This document shows positions 45,785 through 56,570 of a stretch of 64,000 nucleotides of DNA, one piece after another (the first letter of the stretch is position 1; each line of letters opens with the position of its first letter). Below the pieces are notes generated by a model. The model was not told where the DNA came from and searched no databases. It worked only from the letters and a program-made list of their open reading frames with translations. Both the position numbers and the translations under genes were made by a program. This stretch comes from Candidatus Helarchaeota archaeon (lineage in GTDB: Archaea; Asgardarchaeota; Lokiarchaeia; Helarchaeales; RDOG01): contig JAHPZH010000001.1 of the NCBI GenBank assembly GCA_019058315.1, positions 245,566 to 309,565 on the forward strand, written 5' to 3'.

Positions 45785-48700
45785 TTATTTCATAAATATT
45801 TTTTCAATAAATTTACCAATTTTTGAAAATACATTCAAATTTCCTGAAAAAGATTCTAATTCTTCCTGAAAAAAATCTTCAACTTCTTCAATTAATTGTT
45901 TTAATTTATTTTGCAGAGTTATTAGTTTTTCCTCAGTGATTAAAGCAATACTCATAAATCTTCCATGCTCAAGAAGTATTGTCATTTCCTCTTGTTCAAC
46001 TATTTTTACTTTTGTTCTATTTAAAGTAAGTTCCTGTATTAACATGGAAATTCCCGTTAGACTTCCTGAAACCAATTGTGGTTCCATTCTACGTTCTGCT
46101 TTAAACGACTGATCAAAAATACAGATTCCCCCTGGAATGAAAAAATATATATGATGAATTCTATCAAACCAGCTTATTTCAGATTCTGCTTGTGTATCAT
46201 GATCTTTCATCTCTTTAATATTTACTGAGGAACTTATTTCGATTGGACAAGGGGGTGCTGTAATTCCTACACTACTTTCAGAGATATTAGGTTTTTCAAT
46301 AAGATTCAATGCTGAGGTAAGTATTGCTTTTTCATTTTTAACCAAATTTAGATACTTTAATATTTCCTCTCTTTTCTGTTTATAACCCGCTGTATTAAAA
46401 ATATCTAGTGCGGTATTGAGATAATTTGTGGCTATACCTAAAAACTGATTTTTCTTAGTATGATCAATTTCATTATCTGCCTGTATTAGATGCCACATTC
46501 CATCAAAGAAAGTGGAGGTTGCTAGGGCCCATTGTGAATCTTGTTCAAAGCCTCCTAAATGATAATTTTTTGAGGATTCCCTTAAATGCATTTTTATTTG
46601 TTTATAAAAATTAATTTTATCATCTAATTTATTGGTTTTGTCAAATAAACTTCCGCATTCAAGAGCTAAACAATAATATGAATTACCTAATGATAATTTT
46701 TTCATTTTGGAATTATTGAAGAGATTACCTGCTTTTTCAAATAATTCTGATGCAACTGAAAAAAGAGATGATCTTTGTTCTACATCGGCCCTCTCCATAT
46801 TTTGCCAAGCTTTACACAAATAGAATATTGCAGTTAATTCATTTTTTTCTCTTTTTATTGTAAAAGTCTGACATAAATTTTCAAAAAGTGAACTTGCTTT
46901 ATTATATAATTCTGCTGCAAGTATGTGGTTTCCTTTTTTACTCTCTAATCTTGCTGTTTCTAATTGATAACGGGCTGTACTGTACATTTCCCGAATTTTT
47001 GCGACTTTAATTAATCTGGATATTCTATATTCATCTTCTGGAGATAATCCATTTTCTAAATATGTTTTTAAAATTTCTCCTACTTCTCGAAAATCTTCTT
47101 GAGCTGTTAGAAATATGTTTGAGGCTTCTAAATGTCTATTTTCTTTACTCAATTTTTCTGCTTTTTGCAACACTGCCCATGCAGAATAAAAAGGAGCTTC
47201 AAATTTATATTCCTTGATTTGATCTAAAATAATGCTTGCTTTTTCATAATTCACTTCTGCATTTTCATGGTCTTCATTTGTATGATAAGACTTAGCAATC
47301 TCAATTAGATTCCAAGCTCTTACATAATTTTTTAATATAACAGTTTCTTTAATTAATTCCGTATAGGTAAGTGTTTTTATTGCACTATCAAATGAATCAA
47401 GAGCTTTCTGATAATCTTCCGCTGCATAAAGATAGTTTCCCAACCTATCCTCAATTCTAGCAAGGTTTATGTATCCCGATCCTACTAAATTATAATAACC
47501 TTTATTTTTACAATACTCAATCGCATCTTTGTATGCTGAGCTAGACTCTTCTAATATTTTATCTTTATTAGTTAATCTTCCAATTTCATAATAAGAATCA
47601 CCAATTAAGAAAATATTTTCTATGTGAAAAAGGGCAACTATCATTTTTTTACTTTCAGTCAAAAGATCTATCGTTGTCTCATAATAATTGACTTTTTCGG
47701 ATATTTTTGGTACATTTTTAGCTAATATTAGTCCCGCTCTAGATACACAAAATAAATATCCTTGATAATGAAAAAAAGTGTTATTTATTTTTTTAGTATC
47801 AAATTCAGATATCTGATTGAAGATTTCAGCAGCTATTTGTAAATATTCCTCTCTCTCTCTCTTTTCTTTTGATAAATCTCCCAATATTGAATTTACCGTG
47901 CATAATTCACAATTATATAGTAGATGAAATATTTTATAACTCGGATCCTTCATTACTGGTATTTCTTCTTTTAATATTCCTAATAATTCTTGAATTTTTT
48001 TTGCCAAACCGATACGTTGTGTTTCTGGACTTGAACGATTAAGAGCACCAACTAAAAAAACACCTGCTGAATAAAAAATATTATGTGCACCCATTGCGCT
48101 AGGAAATAATAGAGACGCTGACCTAACACAGAGGTTTACATCTTCCAAAATATATTGAAATTCCCTCGCTGACTGACCTTTATCTCTCATAAATATTGCA
48201 GAAGTAAATCTCGTGTAATAAAACAACACTAATGGTGAATGAGCCCTTATTTTTGGTAATAATTCTTCTCCCTTCGTAATCCATGCTTGAGCTTTTTTTA
48301 AGTATTTTATTTGTTCAGATTGATTATTTGCATAATAAGTTGCATAAGATGCATGAGTCCAAGAATAAAATGCATAAGCGTAAAATAAACATAGTGTTTT
48401 TATTGAATTTTCATAAATATTGATGAATTCTTCAAATCGATCTATATTTCTTTCTAAAAAATACTTTAGATCTATATTTTCAGCTGGTAAAAAATGCGTA
48501 ATCCAATTGGAAAATTCATGTATGCTTTTTAAATAGGAATATAAATAAATTTCAGGAAAATCTTGCTGTTTTTTTATTTGATCCCATATTTCTCTTATTA
48601 ATATTTCCGATTCTGACACTAAATCTTTTACATCGGCGACCTCATCAATTCTAATGAGTTTTTCACTTATAAACAAACTTAAAGATTTGCTTTCCAAAAT

Positions 48701-49165
48701 TTTCATTTTTAATGAATCTGATAAATTTCCACTATCTATTGATATTTCTTTCGCTTTTTTGAAATATTTCTTTGCAGTTTCCAATAATTTTTCTTCTTTT
48801 CCAACGAAAGTTCCAGATATATATTTCAATAGATCAATAAAACCTAAAGATGCATTTATTTTTTGTTCATTATATAATTTTTTAAATGTTTCATGTGCGT
48901 TGGAAAAATTTAAAATCGATTGTTGAAGATATTCCAAGATCTTTTCCTTGTTATCTTCAAAATCCGCAGCTATTTGATAAATAACTCCCAATTTGTAATG
49001 TATATCACATTCAATTTTTTCCAATTTATTTTCTACACTAATTTCCCATGCTTCTTTTAAAAGATTTATGGCGTTATCCCATTTATATTTGTGTTCTTCT
49101 TCTTCTGCTTTTTGAATTATTCCATTGATTTGTTTTAGAATTTCTTCTTGTGATAAATCTGCCAT
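45785..49165 (-). CDS. Large alpha-solenoid (TPR/SNAP-like) protein with C-terminal longin-like domain
   Basis: About 950 aa of helical repeats (AAELYNKASSLFE); C-terminal IYFFIPGGICIF..QLVSGSLTGISMLIQE..HGRFMSIALI..FSGNLNVF. Confidence 0.75.
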   Translation of the reverse strand: MADLSQEEILKQINGIIQKAEEEEHKYKWDNAINLLKEAWEISVENKLEKIECDIHYKLGVIYQIAADFEDNKEKILEYLQQSILNFSNAHETFKKLYNEQKINASLGFIDLLKYISGTFVGKEEKLLETAKKYFKKAKEISIDSGNLSDSLKMKILESKSLSLFISEKLIRIDEVADVKDLVSESEILIREIWDQIKKQQDFPEIYLYSYLKSIHEFSNWITHFLPAENIDLKYFLERNIDRFEEFINIYENSIKTLCLFYAYAFYSWTHASYATYYANNQSEQIKYLKKAQAWITKGEELLPKIRAHSPLVLFYYTRFTSAIFMRDKGQSAREFQYILEDVNLCVRSASLLFPSAMGAHNIFYSAGVFLVGALNRSSPETQRIGLAKKIQELLGILKEEIPVMKDPSYKIFHLLYNCELCTVNSILGDLSKEKREREEYLQIAAEIFNQISEFDTKKINNTFFHYQGYLFCVSRAGLILAKNVPKISEKVNYYETTIDLLTESKKMIVALFHIENIFLIGDSYYEIGRLTNKDKILEESSSAYKDAIEYCKNKGYYNLVGSGYINLARIEDRLGNYLYAAEDYQKALDSFDSAIKTLTYTELIKETVILKNYVRAWNLIEIAKSYHTNEDHENAEVNYEKASIILDQIKEYKFEAPFYSAWAVLQKAEKLSKENRHLEASNIFLTAQEDFREVGEILKTYLENGLSPEDEYRISRLIKVAKIREMYSTARYQLETARLESKKGNHILAAELYNKASSLFENLCQTFTIKREKNELTAIFYLCKAWQNMERADVEQRSSLFSVASELFEKAGNLFNNSKMKKLSLGNSYYCLALECGSLFDKTNKLDDKINFYKQIKMHLRESSKNYHLGGFEQDSQWALATSTFFDGMWHLIQADNEIDHTKKNQFLGIATNYLNTALDIFNTAGYKQKREEILKYLNLVKNEKAILTSALNLIEKPNISESSVGITAPPCPIEISSSVNIKEMKDHDTQAESEISWFDRIHHIYFFIPGGICIFDQSFKAERRMEPQLVSGSLTGISMLIQELTLNRTKVKIVEQEEMTILLEHGRFMSIALITEEKLITLQNKLKQLIEEVEDFFQEELESFSGNLNVFSKIGKFIEKIFMK

Positions 49166-49336
49166 TTAATAATTTTCCCCGTTTATGTATCACGAATATA
49201 TTATTATGTTTTTTTTAAAAAGATTGGTTTTGAATGATAATAACTAATACTTGTTAATCTGAAAAAAATTTATCCATTAATTAAATTATTATAATGACCA
49301 AAAAGTTAATTTTTAGATAAAATTTATGAAATTTGG

Positions 49337-50350
49337 TTGAAGCTTATGTCACAAAAAGCAAAAATACTTAAAAAACATGAAATTACTCTCGACGATGAAG
49401 GAGAACATAAAAATGATTTATTAGAATGGCATTATTTAAATGGTTTTATTGAAAAAAATTCTAATAATCCATACTCGGGCTGGAAATTCATCACAAATTT
49501 TACAAAAGCTCGAGGTTTTTTTGATAATGTAATGTTCTTATTATTTCCACCTGAAAAAGATCCTATTGATCGCTCAAAATATTCTATGAAATACCGATCT
49601 ATGAAATTTGCTAAAGGCAAATTAGAAGGAAGGGTCCAAAACGATGTGATTAAAGGTCGTTACCCAAATTATGAAATTTATATTGAAAAAACACAAGAGG
49701 ACAAAATCAGTAGTTTAGACGTAAAAATTTTCCCTTTAATAAAAACAAAATGGGCTTTCGTTGAAAAGGGAGGAAAAGCTATTGCAGATCAAAGTAATTT
49801 GGCACAATATGCATTTTTAAAAACTGGAATTGAAGGACAACTAACCGTTGATGATGTTGTTGCTCCAATAAAAGCTGTTGGATATTATGAACATGTATGG
49901 GCAACAATAAATCCGAAAGCGTTTAAAGGCTGGATGTGGTATTGTATCCCTAATGCTTCAAAAACAACACCCAAGCTATCAATTAATATAGCTATTGGTC
50001 TAAGACCTGATGACTCTTTGACCACGAGATTTGTTCATTATACTTTTGACGGAGAAAATTTTTACGCTTTTGATGATTATGATGTGGATATACTAGAAAC
50101 AGCGGTTCATGATAATATGGAATATGGAACAAGGATCAAAGTCACCCAAAAACTTCCAAATAGTGAACTTAATATTACTATTACAAGAGATAAACATCCA
50201 AGTACAAGAACTCATCAAGGAGGTTTTGCGGTTTTAAGATTTATTACAGGTGGAGCTTGGGTAAAGGGTTATATAATCCATGATAATAAAAAATATGAGA
50301 TTGATGGAGATAGTATTGGTAGTTCATTTTTATTATCTTCCTCTAAATAA
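49337..50350 (+). CDS. CrtC/tocopherol-cyclase/AttH-like all-beta protein (paralogue 2)
   Basis: H..EWHY, GYYEHVW..KGWMW; collinear with 43303-44310. Confidence 0.6.
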   Translation: MKLMSQKAKILKKHEITLDDEGEHKNDLLEWHYLNGFIEKNSNNPYSGWKFITNFTKARGFFDNVMFLLFPPEKDPIDRSKYSMKYRSMKFAKGKLEGRVQNDVIKGRYPNYEIYIEKTQEDKISSLDVKIFPLIKTKWAFVEKGGKAIADQSNLAQYAFLKTGIEGQLTVDDVVAPIKAVGYYEHVWATINPKAFKGWMWYCIPNASKTTPKLSINIAIGLRPDDSLTTRFVHYTFDGENFYAFDDYDVDILETAVHDNMEYGTRIKVTQKLPNSELNITITRDKHPSTRTHQGGFAVLRFITGGAWVKGYIIHDNKKYEIDGDSIGSSFLLSSSK

Positions 50351-50387
50351 AATAAATAATGTATTATAAACTAATAAGTGATGAAAA

Positions 50388-51200
50388 ATGCCAAAAATTC
50401 TTGTCAAAGATGTAAAGATTTATTATGAAACTTTAGGAGAAGGTGAACCAATCTGTTTAATTATGGGGTGGGGTGGAAGCAGTGTTATGTGGTACCGGCA
50501 ACGAGAAATGCTTGCAAAATCATATAAAGTAATTTTAATAGATAATCGTGGCACGGGAAGAAGTGCAAAACCAAAATACCCATATAAAATGGAAATGTTT
50601 ATTGACGATATTAAAGGAGTATTAGATCATCTAAATATTTCTAAATTACATCTTATGGGATGTTCAATGGGGGGAATGATTTCTCAACAATTTGCTCTAA
50701 CTTATCCAGAAATGCTTAGCTCACTTATTCTATGCTGCACATCTGCTAATGTGAAGATGCCAGGAGTTCGAAATGAAGATCCTGAAAAATTATTTCTAAT
50801 GACGAGTGTTACTCCTGAAAATTTAAAGGAGATGTTCTCCTTAATATTTACAAAAAAATACATTGACTGGTTGTTTTCAGAAGAAGGAAGAGATGAATTT
50901 AATAACTTAATTGGTGAAATGGCTAAATATCCACCTACAATTAAAGGAATGAAAAATCAATTTAGTGCAATACAAGACCATGATGTTGTAAATCGTTTAG
51001 GAGAAATTAAAATTCCTACTTTGATATTGGTGGGTAAGAACGATGTTTTATTACCTCCTAGAAATTCTAAAATTATTCATAAAAACATAGCTAATTCAGA
51101 ACTGCAGATCCTTGAAGGTGGACATATGTTTTGGATTGAAGCAGAAAAAGAATTCAATAAAGCTGTTATAGATTTTCTTAGTAAGCACAAAATAAATTGA
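50388..51200 (+). CDS. alpha/beta hydrolase
   Basis: DNRGTGRS, GCSMGG nucleophile, D-x-LLPP, GGH. Confidence 0.9.
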   Translation: MPKILVKDVKIYYETLGEGEPICLIMGWGGSSVMWYRQREMLAKSYKVILIDNRGTGRSAKPKYPYKMEMFIDDIKGVLDHLNISKLHLMGCSMGGMISQQFALTYPEMLSSLILCCTSANVKMPGVRNEDPEKLFLMTSVTPENLKEMFSLIFTKKYIDWLFSEEGRDEFNNLIGEMAKYPPTIKGMKNQFSAIQDHDVVNRLGEIKIPTLILVGKNDVLLPPRNSKIIHKNIANSELQILEGGHMFWIEAEKEFNKAVIDFLSKHKIN

Positions 51201-51221
51201 TGAAAAAATAAAAAAAAGAAA

Positions 51222-52835
51222 TTAATTTACTTGTCTCTCTTTACCTTCCCAATATTTTGCTCTTAAATCCTTTTTTAATATTTTCCCTTGTGCGCTTTTT
51301 GGTAATGATCTTTTAAATACAACGCTTTTTGGTGCTTCATATCTTGCTATATTATCCTTACAAAATGCAATAATCTCCTCTTCAGTAACATCCACTCCTT
51401 TTTTATAACCTTTTTTAAGGCTAACAATCGCATGGACTGCCTCTCCCCAACGTTCATCAGGAATACCAATTACTGCACATTCTAAAACTGCCGGGTGTTT
51501 ATAAATGCATTCTTCAACCGCTATAGAATATACATTCTCTCCTCCGGTAATTATCATGTCCTTTTTTCTATCAATGATGTAAAGATATCCATCTTTATCC
51601 ATTCGTCCCAAATCACCAGTATATAACCAATCATCTTTAATTGTTTCTGCTGTTTTTTCTGGCTTTTTCCAATATCCTATCATCATTCCGGAACCTTTTG
51701 CTATAATCTCGCCAATTTCTCCAATTTCTACATCTTCTCCCTTCTCATCAACTAATCTTACATCAGTTCCGACTTCAGGGCGACCCGTGGAAGTTAATTG
51801 ATATTCATTTCCAGGTTTCATCGCTTCTAGATGGTCTAATGGAAGCATTACTGAAATTGTTGGATATTCTGTTTGTCCGAAAGCTTGAAAGAAACAGGCA
51901 TTATAAAAAGTCTCCATTGCCTTTTTCAATACTGTTGGTGGCATTGGACTTGCTGCATAATAAATTTGAATAATGTTTTCTATATGCTCTTTCCTTAAGT
52001 CTTCTTGTTGTAATAATAGGTTTAACATCGTGGGGACTAGTCCAAAACAATTTATTTTTTCATCAATCAAAGTTTGAAGAAATTCTCTTATTACAAAAGA
52101 ATCCATAAGAATAGTTGGAGCTGGTGCCACAACTCCAGATGTTGTTCCCCAAGCACCCATAATATGAAAAAGTGGTGTGGCTATTAAATTTCTCAATCCT
52201 CCCCATTTAATTATTTTTGGAGTCCCCCAAAAAGATGATGCATAAACACGGACTACATTATTTATAATGGCATAATGAGAAAGCATTACCCCTTTTGGCA
52301 ATCCAGTCGTACCTCCAGTATATATCATAAAAGACATATCCATATCTTTGATAGGTTCTGAGGGAATTGGCTCCTCTTTTGAAAACTTCGTGGCTAAATC
52401 CTCATAATCCATATATTCGGATGGCACACCTGTTCCATTTTGATCATACATCACAATATTTTTTATTTTTGGACATTGTTCCTTAATGGCAGGCATGTTG
52501 TAAAGTAAATCATTTGACATTATCAAAGTTTCAGCTTCACAATCATTCAGAATATAGACGATATCATTTTTAGATGCCATATAATTGATAGGTGTTGCGC
52601 AGGCAACTTTAGTTATACCAAAAAAAGAATTCATAACACCATCAGAATTGTGTGCTAGTAATGCAACTCGATCTCCTTTCTTGATATTGGCAATTTCTTT
52701 TAATCCATTAGCAATTGAATTTGCCCTTTCGTTTACCTGTAGCCAATTAAAGCGTTTATTTTTAAAAACTATCGCTTCCAAATCTTTAGTATGTACGAAT
52801 CTAGCATTTTTTTCACAATAATCTCCAATTTTCAT
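51222..52835 (-). CDS. Acyl-CoA synthetase (long-chain-fatty-acid--CoA ligase family)
   Basis: YTGGTTGLPKG, FGQTE, TGDLG, DRKKDMIITGGENVY, GKILK. Confidence 0.93.
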   Translation of the reverse strand: MKIGDYCEKNARFVHTKDLEAIVFKNKRFNWLQVNERANSIANGLKEIANIKKGDRVALLAHNSDGVMNSFFGITKVACATPINYMASKNDIVYILNDCEAETLIMSNDLLYNMPAIKEQCPKIKNIVMYDQNGTGVPSEYMDYEDLATKFSKEEPIPSEPIKDMDMSFMIYTGGTTGLPKGVMLSHYAIINNVVRVYASSFWGTPKIIKWGGLRNLIATPLFHIMGAWGTTSGVVAPAPTILMDSFVIREFLQTLIDEKINCFGLVPTMLNLLLQQEDLRKEHIENIIQIYYAASPMPPTVLKKAMETFYNACFFQAFGQTEYPTISVMLPLDHLEAMKPGNEYQLTSTGRPEVGTDVRLVDEKGEDVEIGEIGEIIAKGSGMMIGYWKKPEKTAETIKDDWLYTGDLGRMDKDGYLYIIDRKKDMIITGGENVYSIAVEECIYKHPAVLECAVIGIPDERWGEAVHAIVSLKKGYKKGVDVTEEEIIAFCKDNIARYEAPKSVVFKRSLPKSAQGKILKKDLRAKYWEGKERQVN

Positions 52836-52999
52836 TTTAAATCACTATCTTAAAAATAAAAATCCACTAATAATGATAATTTTTATCTAAAAATCCTTAG
52901 GAATTTAAAATTTTCTAAAAAAAGAATAAAATTTTAGCAATCAAAGAGTAATTGAGTGTTCATTCTTGGTTATTATTTTCAAAATGACTAATTATAGGT

Positions 53000-53716
53000 T
53001 CAAGTTATGGGCTTAACCGCACCACGCACCATGAATAAGAATATTATATCAACGAAACATATCCAGATTAACCAAAATGCGGTTACTTGAGGAGGCATCG
53101 GAAAGGCTGCGTAAGGTAAGGCAAAGAAAATAACCAATGCCACCAGACCAATACCAATTGTAATTCCTATACTAAAAATACCCACTAAAATCAATCCAAT
53201 ACGATATTTTTGCTCTAACCGTTCCGATGAGCTATCTTTGAAACTTCCAATGGCTAATAACAAATATGCAAACATTCCTAAACAGAATATAACTTCAAAT
53301 ACTAAGTAAGAAATCCAAGGGTAGCTGGTAGGTTGTGTTGTTAAAAATAAGATTGCATTTATTGCAATCAAAGATAAAATCGTAATAAAAATTACCCAAC
53401 CAATAAATTGAAGAGATCTAATGTGCTTAAAGTGAATTTCGAAAACCAAAAGATATACAGCAAAATAAGTACATCCAATTAAAGCGAAGAACATTGAATA
53501 TAGAAATGGGTTCAAATAAAAGTAATAATTAGAAGGTGCAGTAAGTTCAGATATAAATAAACAAATAATTCCAAAGATCAAGGTTAAAAATATAATCGTA
53601 ATAAGGATAATCCATTTATGAGGGAAGAAATCTCCCCATTTAACATTTAATATTAATATAATTAGGCTTAATACTGCTATCGATGTGATATAAATCAAGA
53701 ATAAACCAAAATCCAA
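53000..53716 (-). CDS. 7-TM membrane protein
   Basis: About 7 hydrophobic helices; TTG start with AGGTG SD. Confidence 0.65.
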   Translation of the reverse strand: MDFGLFLIYITSIAVLSLIILILNVKWGDFFPHKWIILITIIFLTLIFGIICLFISELTAPSNYYFYLNPFLYSMFFALIGCTYFAVYLLVFEIHFKHIRSLQFIGWVIFITILSLIAINAILFLTTQPTSYPWISYLVFEVIFCLGMFAYLLLAIGSFKDSSSERLEQKYRIGLILVGIFSIGITIGIGLVALVIFFALPYAAFPMPPQVTAFWLIWICFVDIIFLFMVRGAVKPIT

Positions 53717-53743
53717 ACTAAAACACCTTTTTTAACATCTTTT

Positions 53744-54835
53744 TTATGCACCTTTCTTCTTGAAAAATCTTTCTGGAGCTTCGGGATTATAAAAACACTT
53801 CGGATCGGATGCGGTTATGTCTCCGTGATAAACATGTGCCCTTGCACGACAACCAATGCAAACGTGTCTCGACACACATGATGCACAAGGACCTTTAATA
53901 TTGTATTTGAGCAAGAGTTGTTTCTTGCTTTTTTTAACGATTTCAAGGAGATTATCCTTGTATATGTTTCCCACTGCGAGGTCAGGTAGGAGCAAACAAG
54001 GAACTACATCTCCATTAGCAGTAATTGCTATGTGGCCTTGGCAGCCATATTTACCGTCAGCACTTCCTACCATCAGCATTGATTTTCCTTCAACATCTGC
54101 TCTATGATGAAAAGCTTTTTGTATTTGAGTTAAGGTCGGCTCCCATTTCATTCCTTCATTTATAGAGAGTCCTAATGGTGTGAAAATTGGTAGCGCAACG
54201 TGTTTGGCCCCTTTAGAATAAAACCAGTTCATCAATTCGGTAATTGTCTCGCCTGTCTGAATTGTAAGGGTTGGACATCCATATATCCTATCAGGAGGAA
54301 AACCTTGGTCCAATAAACCTTGATACCCATCTATCTTGGCTTTAAGGCTATTTGGATATCTATTTACTTTATTATATACGTCTTGATTTAAAGTGTCTAT
54401 ATGGATCCCAATGAAAAATTCTTGATCTCTTGATGTAGCGAGTTTTTGAGCCTTTACTAACCATTCAGCTTTGGTCTTTGGGATAAGACCTGCTAGGGGC
54501 ATTAAAAGATGGAATCCTTCCTCAATTGCGTGAAATACCATCTCCTTACAATTTGGATGAATAAGCTGATCTCCTCCATAGAGGTATAGAACTTGTATAC
54601 CAATTTTTCTTAATTCAAGGATTTCCTTGAACTTTTCTAACGATAGATTGTCATTTGGGAGATAATCAAGATCTACTGAGCTTGCGTAACAATACATGCA
54701 GCCTCCAGCACATCTCTGATTGATCTCGATATTAGTACATATTGGATTACCCTTATTATAGATTTTAACTAACTCCCTTCTCGTAAATAAGTCAATTACT
54801 GGATTTTCCCTTTTTAGTTGCCTTTTCGTAAACAT
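53744..54835 (-). CDS. Radical SAM protein with SPASM domain
   Basis: CAGGCMYC; GGD; C..GDVVPC..GNI..CASC..C-x-GCRARA..DPKC. Confidence 0.92.
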   Translation of the reverse strand: MFTKRQLKRENPVIDLFTRRELVKIYNKGNPICTNIEINQRCAGGCMYCYASSVDLDYLPNDNLSLEKFKEILELRKIGIQVLYLYGGDQLIHPNCKEMVFHAIEEGFHLLMPLAGLIPKTKAEWLVKAQKLATSRDQEFFIGIHIDTLNQDVYNKVNRYPNSLKAKIDGYQGLLDQGFPPDRIYGCPTLTIQTGETITELMNWFYSKGAKHVALPIFTPLGLSINEGMKWEPTLTQIQKAFHHRADVEGKSMLMVGSADGKYGCQGHIAITANGDVVPCLLLPDLAVGNIYKDNLLEIVKKSKKQLLLKYNIKGPCASCVSRHVCIGCRARAHVYHGDITASDPKCFYNPEAPERFFKKKGA

Positions 54836-54893
54836 GAAACCATCCTACCATTTTAGAATAAGAAATATATTTCATAAAACTTCCATAATGCAT

Positions 54894-56570
54894 TTATGTA
54901 TATCCCAATTTCAGCAAGTTTGGATATTCAACGTTTGGCAGATCGAATAATAACCCCATAATTGCTTTACCAAGTTTCATTAAATCTCGAAGTCCAATAT
55001 CTTTTAGAAATGCTTTTAATGGAAGACGAGGGGATAGATAGAAGTTGTCCCCGATGAATTTTCTTATGAAATAGTAAAAAGATAATCCCCGAAATACCAT
55101 AAATATTCCCCGTAATTTTAATACTCTCTCAATCATCTCTCTTATCAAAGGCATCTTCATCCCCATGGCGTATTTAATCCAACCATACTCTCCCCACAGC
55201 TCGAATCTTGCTTGAGAAACTGCCTCAGTCTTATTTTTTTCTTCGGTAAAAATTTTCTTGAGCTTTTTAGTTGTTTCTTTTGAAAAAGATTCTATTTTTT
55301 GAAGTCGACCATTATCAAAGTGAACTAATAACGCAGTCTCTAATTTTCCTTTTTCGTCCAGAATAAAAAAGACAATTTTAAATTGAATTCCAAACACATT
55401 AAGAAATCCAAAAATAAATAGTTCTTCCAACCACCAATTTGAAAATCTATTTAAATCATAATCAAAACCCACTCTACGCGCAATCCATCTCATATATCTT
55501 TTAAAAAAGCTTGGTTCTGGAGAGTAAAACCAATATTTTTTATATTCTCTAATGCCAGAAAACATCATCCCCATTCCTTTATCCAATTTTCCAATATCCC
55601 AAGGAGACGGTGCTTTTAAGACTTTTACTATTAATTTTTTCAAAGCGAAACCATCTAATCCTATCGCATCTCTTGCTTTGAATTTTTTTCGAATTTTATT
55701 TGTGAATTTTTGAAGTTTAATACCCCTTTTAAATACTTTATCCGCTTTATCTTGGTTCATTTCAATATTCATTTTTCCCGTTTTCCTTTGGTGGCGAATT
55801 TTTACAAATGTTCCCCAATTATCTGTAAGAATTGCAATACCTATACTCAAGTTTGGCAATACAGCTTTAATCGTATTTCTTAAAAATTGAAAATCCAAAT
55901 CAAACTTATTGTCGATTAGATTAAATATTTGTGGTAGTCCATATGGCGTTGGAATAAATTTAATCCAATCATTAGAAATTACATTTTTTACTGTTTCTAA
56001 AACATTTACAATGACTTTTTCAAAATTTTGTCCTCGTTCAGATTCTTCCCATGCTTTTCTGAATTCGGAAAAAAATTGAATTCCAACAATGTTTATGATA
56101 CCTAATTCAATATGTTTCAAATCCTCTTGTTTATAGACCCATTGCTGGAGATACTCAAATAATTCATCGTCTCTTCTTGCATCTATTAATTCAGCTGCTT
56201 TTTTTGCCCATTCTTCATCGATTCTATCTTTAAGCATAATAAAGTCCTTATAAACTCCGTCATCAGTTTCATGCTCTATACTCGCCCATATTATTCTTTT
56301 ACCATTTTCTCCTAAAATTATGGTGAACATAGAAGCATTCGGTATCTTTAAAATATCATATAATAAGAAAGTCACTAGATGCAAAATTGATTTCATATCT
56401 ATTTCTACCCAAGGAAGGACTTCTAAAATTACTCTGCGTTCTTCTATAGGTAGTTCTCCTTTGGCTTCGCCGAGCTTTTTAAATATCTCGATCATATCTG
56501 CCCAAGGTTTTTTTACATAACGGGAACCCCATGCCAAAGTTTCCTTTTCATAATCACTTAAGTTGACCAT
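54894..56570 (-). CDS. Hypothetical protein, 558 aa
   Basis: Long uninterrupted ORF abutting the upstream DUF362 gene; no motif recognised. Confidence 0.7.
   Translation of the reverse strand: MVNLSDYEKETLAWGSRYVKKPWADMIEIFKKLGEAKGELPIEERRVILEVLPWVEIDMKSILHLVTFLLYDILKIPNASMFTIILGENGKRIIWASIEHETDDGVYKDFIMLKDRIDEEWAKKAAELIDARRDDELFEYLQQWVYKQEDLKHIELGIINIVGIQFFSEFRKAWEESERGQNFEKVIVNVLETVKNVISNDWIKFIPTPYGLPQIFNLIDNKFDLDFQFLRNTIKAVLPNLSIGIAILTDNWGTFVKIRHQRKTGKMNIEMNQDKADKVFKRGIKLQKFTNKIRKKFKARDAIGLDGFALKKLIVKVLKAPSPWDIGKLDKGMGMMFSGIREYKKYWFYSPEPSFFKRYMRWIARRVGFDYDLNRFSNWWLEELFIFGFLNVFGIQFKIVFFILDEKGKLETALLVHFDNGRLQKIESFSKETTKKLKKIFTEEKNKTEAVSQARFELWGEYGWIKYAMGMKMPLIREMIERVLKLRGIFMVFRGLSFYYFIRKFIGDNFYLSPRLPLKAFLKDIGLRDLMKLGKAIMGLLFDLPNVEYPNLLKLGYT

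Noticed and set aside
53744-54893. RiPP cluster around the SPASM radical SAM
   Set aside because: No precursor peptide, RRE/PqqD domain, peptidase or exporter visible nearby
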